Shown piece after piece: positions 53,639-62,301 of a stretch of DNA of 64,000 nucleotides. The position numbers and the translations under genes are program-made. Numbering within the stretch: the first letter of the stretch is position 1; every line of letters begins with the position of its first letter. The stretch is from an uncultured Actinomycetes bacterium (lineage in GTDB: Bacteria; Actinomycetota; Thermoleophilia; UBA2241): assembly GCA_963767005.1 (NCBI GenBank), contig CAVYCN010000004.1, positions 128,001 through 192,000 of the forward strand, in the 5' to 3' direction. The notes under the pieces are model-generated. The model was not told where the DNA came from. It saw nothing but the letters and a program-made list of their open reading frames with translations, and ran no database searches.

Positions 53639-55297
53639 GTGAGCAACCGCCGCACGAAGTCGAGGAAGCGTCCGCCGCGGCCCGCGCCGAAGCCGGCGCG
53701 CGCTGCGACTGTCGCGACGCCTCCGGCTGACCCCGCCGCGCTCGCCCGGCGCTACTTCGGCTACGTGATCGTCGCCATGGTCGTGGCCGCCGTCATCCTC
53801 ACCCTCCTCTCGATCCAGCGCTACCGGAACTTTTACGGCGGCCGCTTCGACCTGGGCAACATGGTCCAAGCCGTCTACAACACGGCCCACGGCCACTTCC
53901 TGCAGGTCACGAGCGCCGACGGCAACGGCCGCCAGATGTCGCGCCTGGGCGCTCACGTCGACCCCATCCTGGCCGCCTTCGCCGTGCCCTGGCTGGTCTG
54001 GCCGAGCCCGATGATGCTGCTGGTCGCGCAGGCCGTGATCGTGTCGCTGTCGGCCTGGCCGGCCTACCGCCTGGGCCTGCGCGTGCTGGGCGACGCCCGC
54101 GCCGCCTTCCTGCTGTCGGTCGCGCTCCTGCTGTACCCTCCGCTCGAGTACGCGGTGCTGAACGAGTTCCACCCCGTCACGCTGGCCATCCCGCTCCTGC
54201 TCTTCGGCTTCGTGTTCGCCGACGAGGGCCGCTGGTGGCGTGCCGCTCCGTTCCTCGTGCTGGCCGCCCTGTGCAAAGAGGACATCCCGCTCGTGATCGC
54301 CATGATGGGCCTGTGGCTCGCCTTGCGCCGCCGGTCGTGGCGGCCGCTCCTGATCACCGCCGCCGCGGCCGCCTATTTCGTGGTCGCCGTCAAGGTCGTG
54401 CTGCCCCACTACTCGCCCGGTGGCAGCCCCTTCCTCGATCGCTACGCCGACCTCGGCTCGAGCGTGAGCGGCGTTGGCCTGAACCTCGTGCTCAAGCCGG
54501 GCGTCACCCTGGGCCACCTCTTCTCGGGATCGGACCTGCGCTACCTGCTGCAGCTCCTCTGGCCGTTCGGTCTGAGCTCGCTCGCGAGCCCCCTGACGAC
54601 CCTGATCGCGGCGCCCGAGCTCGCCCTGAACGCGCTCGCCAGCAACCCGCTGCAGCGCTCATACGAGTTCCACTACACGGCCGGCGAGGTGCCTTTCGTG
54701 TTCGCCGGCGCCGTGCTGGGCGTGGCCCGCGTGCGGCGCTGGCTCGCCGGGCGCGCCGGCGGCACCTGGCGCCGCCGTGCCGAGCTCGCGACGGTCGGCA
54801 CCCTCGCCACCGCCGTGCTCACCATGACGGTCGTCGCGAACTTCGTGCTCGGACCGCTGCCGTTCTCGCTGCCGGGCGCCCACTACTCGGGCAAGAACTA
54901 CGCGGTGAGCGGCCACGCCAAGGTGCTCGACATGGCGATCCGCACGATCCCGAGCGCCGGCGGCGTCACAGTGAGCACCGAGAACAACGCCGGCTCGCAT
55001 CTGTCGGCGCGCCGCGTCGTCTACACGTTCCCGTACATCGGCAACGCCCAGTACGTCATCGTCGACGACAAGAACGGCTTCGTCTACGACCACGCGGACA
55101 CCGTCGGGCATTCGCAGGCCCTCGGCGCGCTCGTGCTCAACCAGGCCTACCAGTCGACCTTCGCGCGCGACGGCGTGTACGTGTTCCGGCGCGTCGGCGC
55201 GGGCACGGGGGCGACGGGCACGGGGGCGACGGGCACGGGCTCGACGCCGGCGGCGAGCACCTCGCCGTCGCCGGGGTCGACTGCGTCCACGCCCTGA
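53639..55297 (+). CDS. DUF2079-type polytopic membrane protein (GT-C-like)
   Basis: FDLGNMVQAVYNT, HVDPIL, EFHP, KED, FHY motifs. Confidence 0.8.
   Translation: MSNRRTKSRKRPPRPAPKPARAATVATPPADPAALARRYFGYVIVAMVVAAVILTLLSIQRYRNFYGGRFDLGNMVQAVYNTAHGHFLQVTSADGNGRQMSRLGAHVDPILAAFAVPWLVWPSPMMLLVAQAVIVSLSAWPAYRLGLRVLGDARAAFLLSVALLLYPPLEYAVLNEFHPVTLAIPLLLFGFVFADEGRWWRAAPFLVLAALCKEDIPLVIAMMGLWLALRRRSWRPLLITAAAAAYFVVAVKVVLPHYSPGGSPFLDRYADLGSSVSGVGLNLVLKPGVTLGHLFSGSDLRYLLQLLWPFGLSSLASPLTTLIAAPELALNALASNPLQRSYEFHYTAGEVPFVFAGAVLGVARVRRWLAGRAGGTWRRRAELATVGTLATAVLTMTVVANFVLGPLPFSLPGAHYSGKNYAVSGHAKVLDMAIRTIPSAGGVTVSTENNAGSHLSARRVVYTFPYIGNAQYVIVDDKNGFVYDHADTVGHSQALGALVLNQAYQSTFARDGVYVFRRVGAGTGATGTGATGTGSTPAASTSPSPGSTASTP
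55201..55245 (+). repeat. 15-bp coding tandem repeat, 3 copies (GTGAT)
   Basis: GGGCACGGGGGCGAC twice, then GGGCACGGGCTCGAC. Confidence 0.8.
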
Positions 55298-55314
55298 AGC
55301 GGACACGCCTCGCC

Positions 55315-56994
55315 GTGGACGCCGAGCTCGAGGGCCGCAGCGCGACCCAGGTCCGCGACCGGACGCCGGCCGTCCTTGCGGTGGCGTCGCTTGCCGCCGT
55401 CGCCCTCGCCCTGGGCCTCATGCACCTTGCCGGTCTGCCCGGCGTCGACGCGGCGGCGCACGCCTACAAGACCGGCCTCGTGGCGCGGCACCAGTCGCTG
55501 CTCTGGGACGATCTGTGGTACTGCGGGTCCTACGGCGTCGTCGTCTACGGGATCGTGTACTACCTGCTCGCGGCCCTGGTCGGCGCCGTGCCGGTCGTGC
55601 TGGTGTCGGCCGGTCTGCTGCCGGTGCTGTTCCATCTCTACCTGCGGCGCTCATGGGGCGTGCGCAGCCCGCTGCCGGCCGCAAGCCTCGCCGTCCTCAC
55701 CGTCGCCTACCTGCTGAACGGCCAGGCGCCGTTCCTGCTGGCCATGGCGCTCACCCTGCTGGGCCTCGTCCTGCTGGCCGGCGGGCGACCGCTCTGGGCG
55801 GCGCTGCCGATCGGCCTCGCGGCGTTCACCAACCCGGTCGCCGTGGTCGCCGGGGCCGTGTTCCTGGTCGCCGAGGCGATCGCCCGGCCGCCGGCGCGCC
55901 GCCCGCTCGCCGTGCTCGTGGCCGGCCTCGTTCCCTTCGCGCTGCTGTGGGCCGGCGTGCAGCTCGCCTTCCGGGCGCGCGCCTGGTACCTGGCCCAGCC
56001 GCTCGAGCTGCTCAAGTGGACGGCGGTCGCGGCCGCCGGCGTGGCGCTCGCGCACTTTTCGAACGACCCGCAGCGACGGGCGCCACGGGCCGTGTTCGTG
56101 GTCGCCGGCGCCGTCTGTCTCGCGGCCCTCGCCGTGCCCGATGAGCTCGGCAACAACGCGGCTCGCTTCCTCGCGCTGTTCGCCCTGCCGGTCGCGCTCA
56201 CCGTGCGCGCCCCGCGCCTGCCGAAGGCGGCGACGGCGGCGCTGCTCGCCGCCGTCGCCGCCGTCCAGCTCGCCGCGCCGCTCACCGACCTCGCGCGGGC
56301 CGGCGACCGCACCCAGACGTCGAAGGCCTTCTTCGCGCCGGCTCTCGCCTTCGCGACCGCTCACGAGTCGCCCGATTTTCGCTGCCACGTCGTCGCCCTG
56401 CGCCTGCACTGGGAGGCCGCATACTTCCCCGATGCGGGCATCCCGCTCACGCGCGGCTGGTTCCGCCAGGACGACTGGCTGCACAACGAGGTGCTGTATC
56501 GGCGGCCGACGCCCGCCCGGTACGTCGCCTGGCTGCGCGTGTGCGGCGTGCGCGACGTCTTCGTGCCGCACGCCGCCCTCGACATGAGCAGCGCCGGCGA
56601 GCCCGGCCTCATCGCCCGTTCGGGCGCCTTCGTGCGCGTCTTCGAGTCGGCCGGCTGGACCGTGTACCGGCTGCGCCTGCCGTCGCCCCTGGTCGTCGAC
56701 GCCCGGCGGGGGGCGGCGGACACGGCGGCGACGCTGCCGCCGGCCTCGGTCGGAGCCGAGGTCGTCGCGATGGGTCAGGCAGCCACGACGATCGCCGTAT
56801 CGCGTCCGGGCACGTACCTGCTGAAGGTGAGCTGGACGCCCTACTGGCGTCTCGGTGCCCCGCCCGGGTCGGGCACGCCGGCCGGCCTGGCGCGCGGCCC
56901 CGGCGGCTGGACGCTGCTGCGCGCCCCGCGCACGGGCCGCTACGTGCTGCGCATGCACTTCGACCTGCACACGGCGCTCGACCAGATCTTCTGA
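55315..56994 (+). CDS. Polytopic membrane protein (possible GT-C fold)
   Basis: D.AAH, WD..WY.G, RGW.RQ.D motifs; many TMs; within the glycosylation cluster. Confidence 0.7.
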   Translation: MDAELEGRSATQVRDRTPAVLAVASLAAVALALGLMHLAGLPGVDAAAHAYKTGLVARHQSLLWDDLWYCGSYGVVVYGIVYYLLAALVGAVPVVLVSAGLLPVLFHLYLRRSWGVRSPLPAASLAVLTVAYLLNGQAPFLLAMALTLLGLVLLAGGRPLWAALPIGLAAFTNPVAVVAGAVFLVAEAIARPPARRPLAVLVAGLVPFALLWAGVQLAFRARAWYLAQPLELLKWTAVAAAGVALAHFSNDPQRRAPRAVFVVAGAVCLAALAVPDELGNNAARFLALFALPVALTVRAPRLPKAATAALLAAVAAVQLAAPLTDLARAGDRTQTSKAFFAPALAFATAHESPDFRCHVVALRLHWEAAYFPDAGIPLTRGWFRQDDWLHNEVLYRRPTPARYVAWLRVCGVRDVFVPHAALDMSSAGEPGLIARSGAFVRVFESAGWTVYRLRLPSPLVVDARRGAADTAATLPPASVGAEVVAMGQAATTIAVSRPGTYLLKVSWTPYWRLGAPPGSGTPAGLARGPGGWTLLRAPRTGRYVLRMHFDLHTALDQIF

Positions 56995-57053
56995 GGAGTC
57001 GCGCGGGCGCCGGCACGGCAGCGCCCGTCGGTGAACCGGGCCGCTCGCGAGAC

Positions 57054-58238
57054 TCAGGCCACCCAGCTGAACATCGCGAACTTCGCGGTGAGCGCGACGC
57101 AGCAGGCGATGAGGACGCCGGCGATGATGCGGTGCGCTCGCGGTCGCCGCTCGGTGAAGAGCGCGGCGCTCATGAAGATGGGGAAGGCGGCCAGCACGAA
57201 GCGCGGCATCGACATGAGCGGCATCGAGGTGGCTGGGAACAGCAGCGGGTAGCCGATGGTCACGATGGCGTAGAGCGAGAGGGCGAGCGGCAGTCGTCGC
57301 AGCCCGTAGACGATGGGCAGCACGCCGATCGCGAGCGACCCGAGGTTGATGATGTTGGCGGCCGCGAGCGGCATGACGGCGCCGGGCTGCGAGGCGGGCC
57401 AGTAGAGGTGGCTGGTCTGTCCCGAGAGGATCTGGCGGGTGCCCTGGAAGGCGGCCTCGAGCGACTTCCACAGGGCGAACGTCGGCACCGCGAGGTAGCG
57501 GCGCCACTGGTCCTGGACCTGAGCGAACAGCAGCGGCTTGCCGAACCGCAGGCTGAGGTAGGCCATCCAGACCATGAGGCCCTCGGGGATCATGAGCAGC
57601 GAGGCGGCGGCCGCGTCGGTGCGGCGCAGCTTCCAGTCGCGCTGCTCGGCGTAGCAGACCGCCATCGGCACGATCAGCAGGAAACCGGCGCTGCGAGTGA
57701 GCGCCGCGAGCAGGCCGGCCAGGCCGGCGAGCTTCCAGCGGCCCTGCGTCGACCAGAGGATGCAGACGATCGACAGCAGCAGGAACAGCGACTCGCTGTA
57801 GACGGCCTGCCAGTAGAAGGCCGTCGGGAAGATCGAGAGGTACAGGCAGGTGCGGTAGGCGACGAGGCTGCCGTACTTGGGCGCGACCAGCCGGTAGAGG
57901 CAGTAGATCGCCCCGAAATAGCAGGCCAGCGAGAGGACGATGCCGGCGACCACGAGGTTGTTGTCGAAGACGATGCCGAGCCAGCGCACCATCAACGGGT
58001 AGAGCGGGAAGAACGCGACCGTGCCGTCGTTGCTGGCGTAGCCGTCGGCGGCGACCTTCACGAACCACACGCCGTCCCACACCGCCCAGGGGTTGAAGAC
58101 GTGGGCGAGGAGGCCGTGGAAGGGCTCGGCCAGGCGCGGCAGGCGCTGCGCCCAGGGGGCCGGCTTGACGCCGATCAGCCAGGTGGCCAGGCCGGCGACC
58201 ACGCCGGTGAGGACCCGCGAGACGACCGCCATGACCAT
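57054..58238 (-). CDS. PIG-V-like mannosyltransferase (GT-C)
   Basis: WDGVWF..VA..GY, AFFPLYP, YSESLF, SMPRF; start uncertain because the frame is open further upstream. Confidence 0.85.
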   Translation of the reverse strand: MVMAVVSRVLTGVVAGLATWLIGVKPAPWAQRLPRLAEPFHGLLAHVFNPWAVWDGVWFVKVAADGYASNDGTVAFFPLYPLMVRWLGIVFDNNLVVAGIVLSLACYFGAIYCLYRLVAPKYGSLVAYRTCLYLSIFPTAFYWQAVYSESLFLLLSIVCILWSTQGRWKLAGLAGLLAALTRSAGFLLIVPMAVCYAEQRDWKLRRTDAAAASLLMIPEGLMVWMAYLSLRFGKPLLFAQVQDQWRRYLAVPTFALWKSLEAAFQGTRQILSGQTSHLYWPASQPGAVMPLAAANIINLGSLAIGVLPIVYGLRRLPLALSLYAIVTIGYPLLFPATSMPLMSMPRFVLAAFPIFMSAALFTERRPRAHRIIAGVLIACCVALTAKFAMFSWVA

Positions 58239-58401
58239 CGTGCGGCGCAGCAGATCGGGCGGGGCCGTGGCGGCCTGCCCGGCTGGGCCGGCGTCTGTGG
58301 TCGGCTCCTCGAGCGCGTGCTCGATGTCGGTCTCTGGGGACGGTGTGGCCGTGCGTGCTCCTGCGGGGAGGCTGTCGCTTGCGTCCGACCGGGCAAGTAT
58401 C

Positions 58402-59226
58402 TCACGAGGCCGGCGGTGGTGCGCCGGCGGCGGCGCCCAGCCCGGCCAGGCGCTCCTGCAGCGCGAAGCGCAGACCGGCGGCCGCACGATCCGCGTCGGC
58501 TTTGGTCTCCTGCCAGATGGTGAGGCGCAGCTTGACGGCGTCGGCGCCGAGCTCGGTCACGGCGAGCGAGGGCTCCCGGTCGGGGGGGCGGCCGCGGCTG
58601 AAGGCCGCGGCCGCGTCGAGCGCCGCGCGGCGCACGTCGGCGAGCGCGACGGCCGCCGGCACGACGAACTCGACGGCCGCCGCGCTCGCCTCGTCGACGA
58701 TCGTGAAATTGCGGATCACCTTGCTGGCGAGCTGCTCGTTGGGGATCACGATGCGGCTGTTGTCGGCCGCGCGGATGTAGGAGTAGGTCAGCCGCACCTC
58801 CTCGACGACGCCCTCGAGGTCGTCAATCGCCACGTGGTCGCCGATGCGCACCGGCTGGGCGAGCGCGACGATCACGCCCGACACGAGGTTGGCCAGGGCC
58901 GAGCGCGCGGCGAAGCCGACGACGAGAGCGGTGATGCCGGCCGAGGCGAGCAGGCCGCGAGCCAGCGGGCCGACCTCGGGCAGCACCACGAGCGCGGCCA
59001 TGACCCCGACGAACACGATCACCGCCACGATCAGCCGCCGCGCGACGCGCAGGCGCGTCTCGTCGGCGACCGGCAGGGTGCGCGAGATGGCGCGCGAGAT
59101 GCCGCCGCCGTGGTCGCGTAGCAGGCGATCGACGACGACGGCGACGACGACGGTGATGGCGAGATACGCCAGAGAGTGCGCGATCTGGCTCACGCTGGCC
59201 GCGACGGGGGCTGGCACGGTCGGCAC
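58402..59226 (-). CDS. MscS-family mechanosensitive channel
   Basis: GFAARSALANLVSG, PVRIGD, IPN. Confidence 0.88.
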   Translation of the reverse strand: MPTVPAPVAASVSQIAHSLAYLAITVVVAVVVDRLLRDHGGGISRAISRTLPVADETRLRVARRLIVAVIVFVGVMAALVVLPEVGPLARGLLASAGITALVVGFAARSALANLVSGVIVALAQPVRIGDHVAIDDLEGVVEEVRLTYSYIRAADNSRIVIPNEQLASKVIRNFTIVDEASAAAVEFVVPAAVALADVRRAALDAAAAFSRGRPPDREPSLAVTELGADAVKLRLTIWQETKADADRAAAGLRFALQERLAGLGAAAGAPPPAS

Positions 59227-59228
59227 CC

Positions 59229-59804
59229 TCAGGGCGAGGCGCTCGCCGACGGCGTCGCGCCGCTCGCCGGCTCGGTCGCCCCCGGCGTGGGCAGGTCGCG
59301 CCGCACGTCGTACAGCCAGCGGCCGCTGCGGTAGTCGAGCATCGCCACGATCGTGTCGGGACCGGCCACTCCGTCGATGTGGCCGCTGACCTGCCAGACG
59401 AACCGGTAGGGCGGACGGATGGTCGTGGTCAGCGTGCGGCCGCCGACCCGGTGGCTGAACGTGTAGGGCCGCCGGGCCGGCAGGAACAGCAGGCGCACCT
59501 CGTGGGGGTCGACGGCCGAGCCGCGAAAGACCGAGTCGGCGCGCCGCAGGGCGATGCCCGAGGTCTTCAGACGCGAGTCGCCCGGCACGGTCAGCGCAGT
59601 CGCGACGAACGACCAGCTGCGCCAGGGATGGGTCAGGAAGCTCGTGTTCTGGGGCGCTGCCGTGTAGCGGAAGGCGACGAGCGACGGCAGGTAGAAGACG
59701 AGCAGCGCGGCGATTGCGACGAGCGCCAGCCAGAACCGCCGGTTGCGGTTGCGAAACAGCGGCGCGCGCGGGACCTGGGTCGAGTGCGTCTGCACGATGG
59801 ACAA
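59229..59804 (-). CDS. Hypothetical membrane-anchored protein
   Basis: N-terminal TM; coding-like codon usage; lies within a same-strand gene run. Confidence 0.6.
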   Translation of the reverse strand: MSIVQTHSTQVPRAPLFRNRNRRFWLALVAIAALLVFYLPSLVAFRYTAAPQNTSFLTHPWRSWSFVATALTVPGDSRLKTSGIALRRADSVFRGSAVDPHEVRLLFLPARRPYTFSHRVGGRTLTTTIRPPYRFVWQVSGHIDGVAGPDTIVAMLDYRSGRWLYDVRRDLPTPGATEPASGATPSASASP

Positions 59805-59840
59805 GAGTATCAGAGCCGGACGCCGGCGGCGGGACCGGCG

Positions 59841-60641
59841 TCAGCCGCCGAGCTCACGCTGATGGAGGTCGGGGTAGATCGAGCTCGGCGCGAAGATCTC
59901 GCGTGCCGCGGCCTGCATCTGAGCGTAGTAGGCCTCGTCGCGCAGCGGGTTCAGGTGCATGATGACGAGCTCCTCGACCCCGGCCTGCGCGGCCAGGCCG
60001 GCGGCCTGACGGGCCGAGCTGTGCGAGCGGTACGTCGTTCGCACCATCTCCTGCTCGGCGGGGTCCTCCTCCTCGACGCCGTCGATCCAGGACTCGTGGA
60101 GCAGCACCTCGGCGCCGCGCGCGAAGTCGGCGGTGGCCGGGTCGGCCGACGTGTCGGTGGCGAGCACGAAGCGGTCGTCGAGCCGGTAGGCGACGCTGGT
60201 GTCCGGGTGACACTGAGCCCGCAGCCTGACCTCGTGGCCGGCGACCTCGTTCACGCCCTCATGCAGCGTGGTGAGCACGAAGCCGCCGAGCTCGCTCCAA
60301 TCGGTCGGGTTGTAGGGCTTGCGCATGAGGTCGGGGACGCCGCGCTGCGGGTCGACGCCGTTCAGCGCGGCGTCGGGCACGTGCACCATCAGGGGGCGGC
60401 CCGCGAAGATAGCCGGCAGGTAGGCGAGGCCGCACACGTGGTCGAGGTGATAGTGGGTGAGCAGCAGGTGGATCTCGCGGGCGCCGGCGAGCAGATCGGA
60501 GGCCGGCGGCTGCAGCAGCCGGCCGAGGCCGGTGCCGGCGTCGAAGATCAGCAGGAGCGGGCCGTCGTCGATCGCGACGCAGGTCGTCTCGCGCGCCGGC
60601 GTGGGCACCCAGCCCTGCGTGCCGAGCAGCGTCAACCGCAC
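59841..60641 (-). CDS. Metallo-beta-lactamase fold hydrolase (RNase Z-like)
   Basis: LLGT.G..P, DAGTG, THYHLDH, HSS, H at MHLNP. Confidence 0.88.
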   Translation of the reverse strand: MRLTLLGTQGWVPTPARETTCVAIDDGPLLLIFDAGTGLGRLLQPPASDLLAGAREIHLLLTHYHLDHVCGLAYLPAIFAGRPLMVHVPDAALNGVDPQRGVPDLMRKPYNPTDWSELGGFVLTTLHEGVNEVAGHEVRLRAQCHPDTSVAYRLDDRFVLATDTSADPATADFARGAEVLLHESWIDGVEEEDPAEQEMVRTTYRSHSSARQAAGLAAQAGVEELVIMHLNPLRDEAYYAQMQAAAREIFAPSSIYPDLHQRELGG

Positions 60642-60726
60642 GTCACACCGGCCTGGGGAGCTGTGCCGCGTCCGTTCATCGGATATATGCTACCCCGTAG
60701 CGGCATCCACAGGAGAGCGGGCGTTC

Positions 60727-61569
60727 ATGCAATCGGTCTTGATGGCAGCCGCTCAGGCGGTCTCGCTGGACACTCCGTACGACTCAGTGTTCGTGCCGCT
60801 GGTCGACGACCTGGTCGACGCCCTCGCCGACGACGAGCCGGCCGCCTTCCTCAGGGCGGTCGAGGGCCGCTCCCGCCTGCTGGCCACCGAACGCTCCGTG
60901 CGCATGGCCGACGTCTTCGTCGCTCTGCAGCTCGGGCTCGGTGCGTTCCGCGGGGCGCTGTCGGGCGATTCGCCCGACGAGACGCTCGCCATGCGGCGGC
61001 TCGCGGCCATCGAGAGCGAGGTGCTGCTCCGCGCCGGGGTCGGCTTCTCGGAGGGGCTCGAGGCGACCGTCGACCACCTGAGTCGGGCGGTGACGACGCT
61101 GGCGCCGACCGACCCGGCTACCGGGCTCAGCAACGCGGCCGAGCTCGCCCGCCGCCTCGCCGTCGAGATCGAGCGCTGCCGCCGGACCGACGTTGGTCTG
61201 GGGGCCGTCCTCGTGGCCGTCGCGGCCGGCGCCGAGGCTCGCAGCCCGGGCGCCGACGACCTCGTCGCGCTCGTCGCCGACTCGGGCCGGCTGCTCGCCG
61301 CGGGGCTGCGACGCTACGACGTCGCGGGCCGCCTGGGCGATCTCGAGTTCCTCGCCGTGCTGCCCGACGTGAGCCGGCGCGGCGTGCAGGCAGTCGTCGA
61401 GCGCCTGCGGCGCGAGCTGCCGCGGGGATGCTCGTCGCGGCAGAGGGTCGCGTTCCGCTTCGTGGCCACGCACCTCGACGTGGTCGACGTGAACGCCGAC
61501 GACCTGCTCGCCCAGCTCGCTACGGCCCCGGCGGCGGATCCGGGCCGAGACGGGGTCGTCTGGCTCTGA
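60727..61569 (+). CDS. Degenerate GGDEF-domain protein with a helical N-terminal domain
   Basis: TDPATGLSN and RRYDVAGRLGDLEF (GGDEF replaced by GDLEF); AGGAG RBS. Confidence 0.75.
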   Translation: MQSVLMAAAQAVSLDTPYDSVFVPLVDDLVDALADDEPAAFLRAVEGRSRLLATERSVRMADVFVALQLGLGAFRGALSGDSPDETLAMRRLAAIESEVLLRAGVGFSEGLEATVDHLSRAVTTLAPTDPATGLSNAAELARRLAVEIERCRRTDVGLGAVLVAVAAGAEARSPGADDLVALVADSGRLLAAGLRRYDVAGRLGDLEFLAVLPDVSRRGVQAVVERLRRELPRGCSSRQRVAFRFVATHLDVVDVNADDLLAQLATAPAADPGRDGVVWL

Positions 61570-61590
61570 CCGCCTTCGGCGGCCGGCAGG

Positions 61591-62031
61591 TCAGCCCGGC
61601 TCGGCGGTCCCCGCGGCGCGTAGCGTGAGCGCCTTGCGTACCATCTCGCGCTCGTTCGGATAGGTCATGCGGTCGAGTGCGCGGTCGACGTCGAACCAGG
61701 CTGCCTCGGCCACCTCGTGGTCGTGCTGCGACGTGTCGCCGCCGACGAAGCGCACCAGGAAGAAGTGGACGACCTTGTGGATGCGCACGTGGTCGTCGCG
61801 CGAGAAGAACCAGTACTCGATGCTGCCGAGGTCGTCGTCGATCACGCCGTCGAGGCCGGTCTCCTCGCGGATCTCGCGCAGGGCGGCCACCTCGTGGGTC
61901 TCGCCGGGCTCGACCCAGCCCTTGGGCAGGGTCCAGACGTTGCGCGCCGCGGGGCGGATCAGGCAGAGCTCCAGCGGGTCGCCGGGACGCGTGACGATGC
62001 CCCCCGCCGACACCTGCTGCCTGACCTCCAT
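61591..62031 (-). CDS. NUDIX hydrolase
   Basis: LPKGWVEPGETHEVAALREIREETG Nudix box. Confidence 0.92.
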   Translation of the reverse strand: MEVRQQVSAGGIVTRPGDPLELCLIRPAARNVWTLPKGWVEPGETHEVAALREIREETGLDGVIDDDLGSIEYWFFSRDDHVRIHKVVHFFLVRFVGGDTSQHDHEVAEAAWFDVDRALDRMTYPNEREMVRKALTLRAAGTAEPG

Positions 62032-62052
62032 GCGCTCCCCCCGCCCACGAAC

Positions 62053-62248
62053 GCCACTCCGTTGCGCACCTAGTCCGTCGAGCGACTTCGTCGTCGCCGC
62101 TCAGGCTGGCGCCACTCCGTTGCGCGCCTAGTCCGTCGAGCGACTTCGTCGTCGCCGCTCAGGCTGGCGCCACTCCGTTGCGCGCCTAGTCCGTCGAGCG
62201 ACTTCGTCGTCGCCGCTCAGGCTGGCGCCACTCCGTTGCGCGCCTAGT
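62053..62248. repeat. 58-bp intergenic tandem repeat, about 3.4 copies
   Basis: Units start at 62053, 62111, 62169 and 62227 (partial); one mismatch in the first unit. Confidence 0.95.
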
Positions 62249-62301
62249 ATATCCTTGGGCGCCCGGAAAGCCGTGGCCCGACGTCGGGGGAGGTGCGTCC
62301 G

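Noticed and set aside
62053-62248. CRISPR array
   Set aside because: The units are contiguous and near-identical with no unique spacers, and no cas genes are present.
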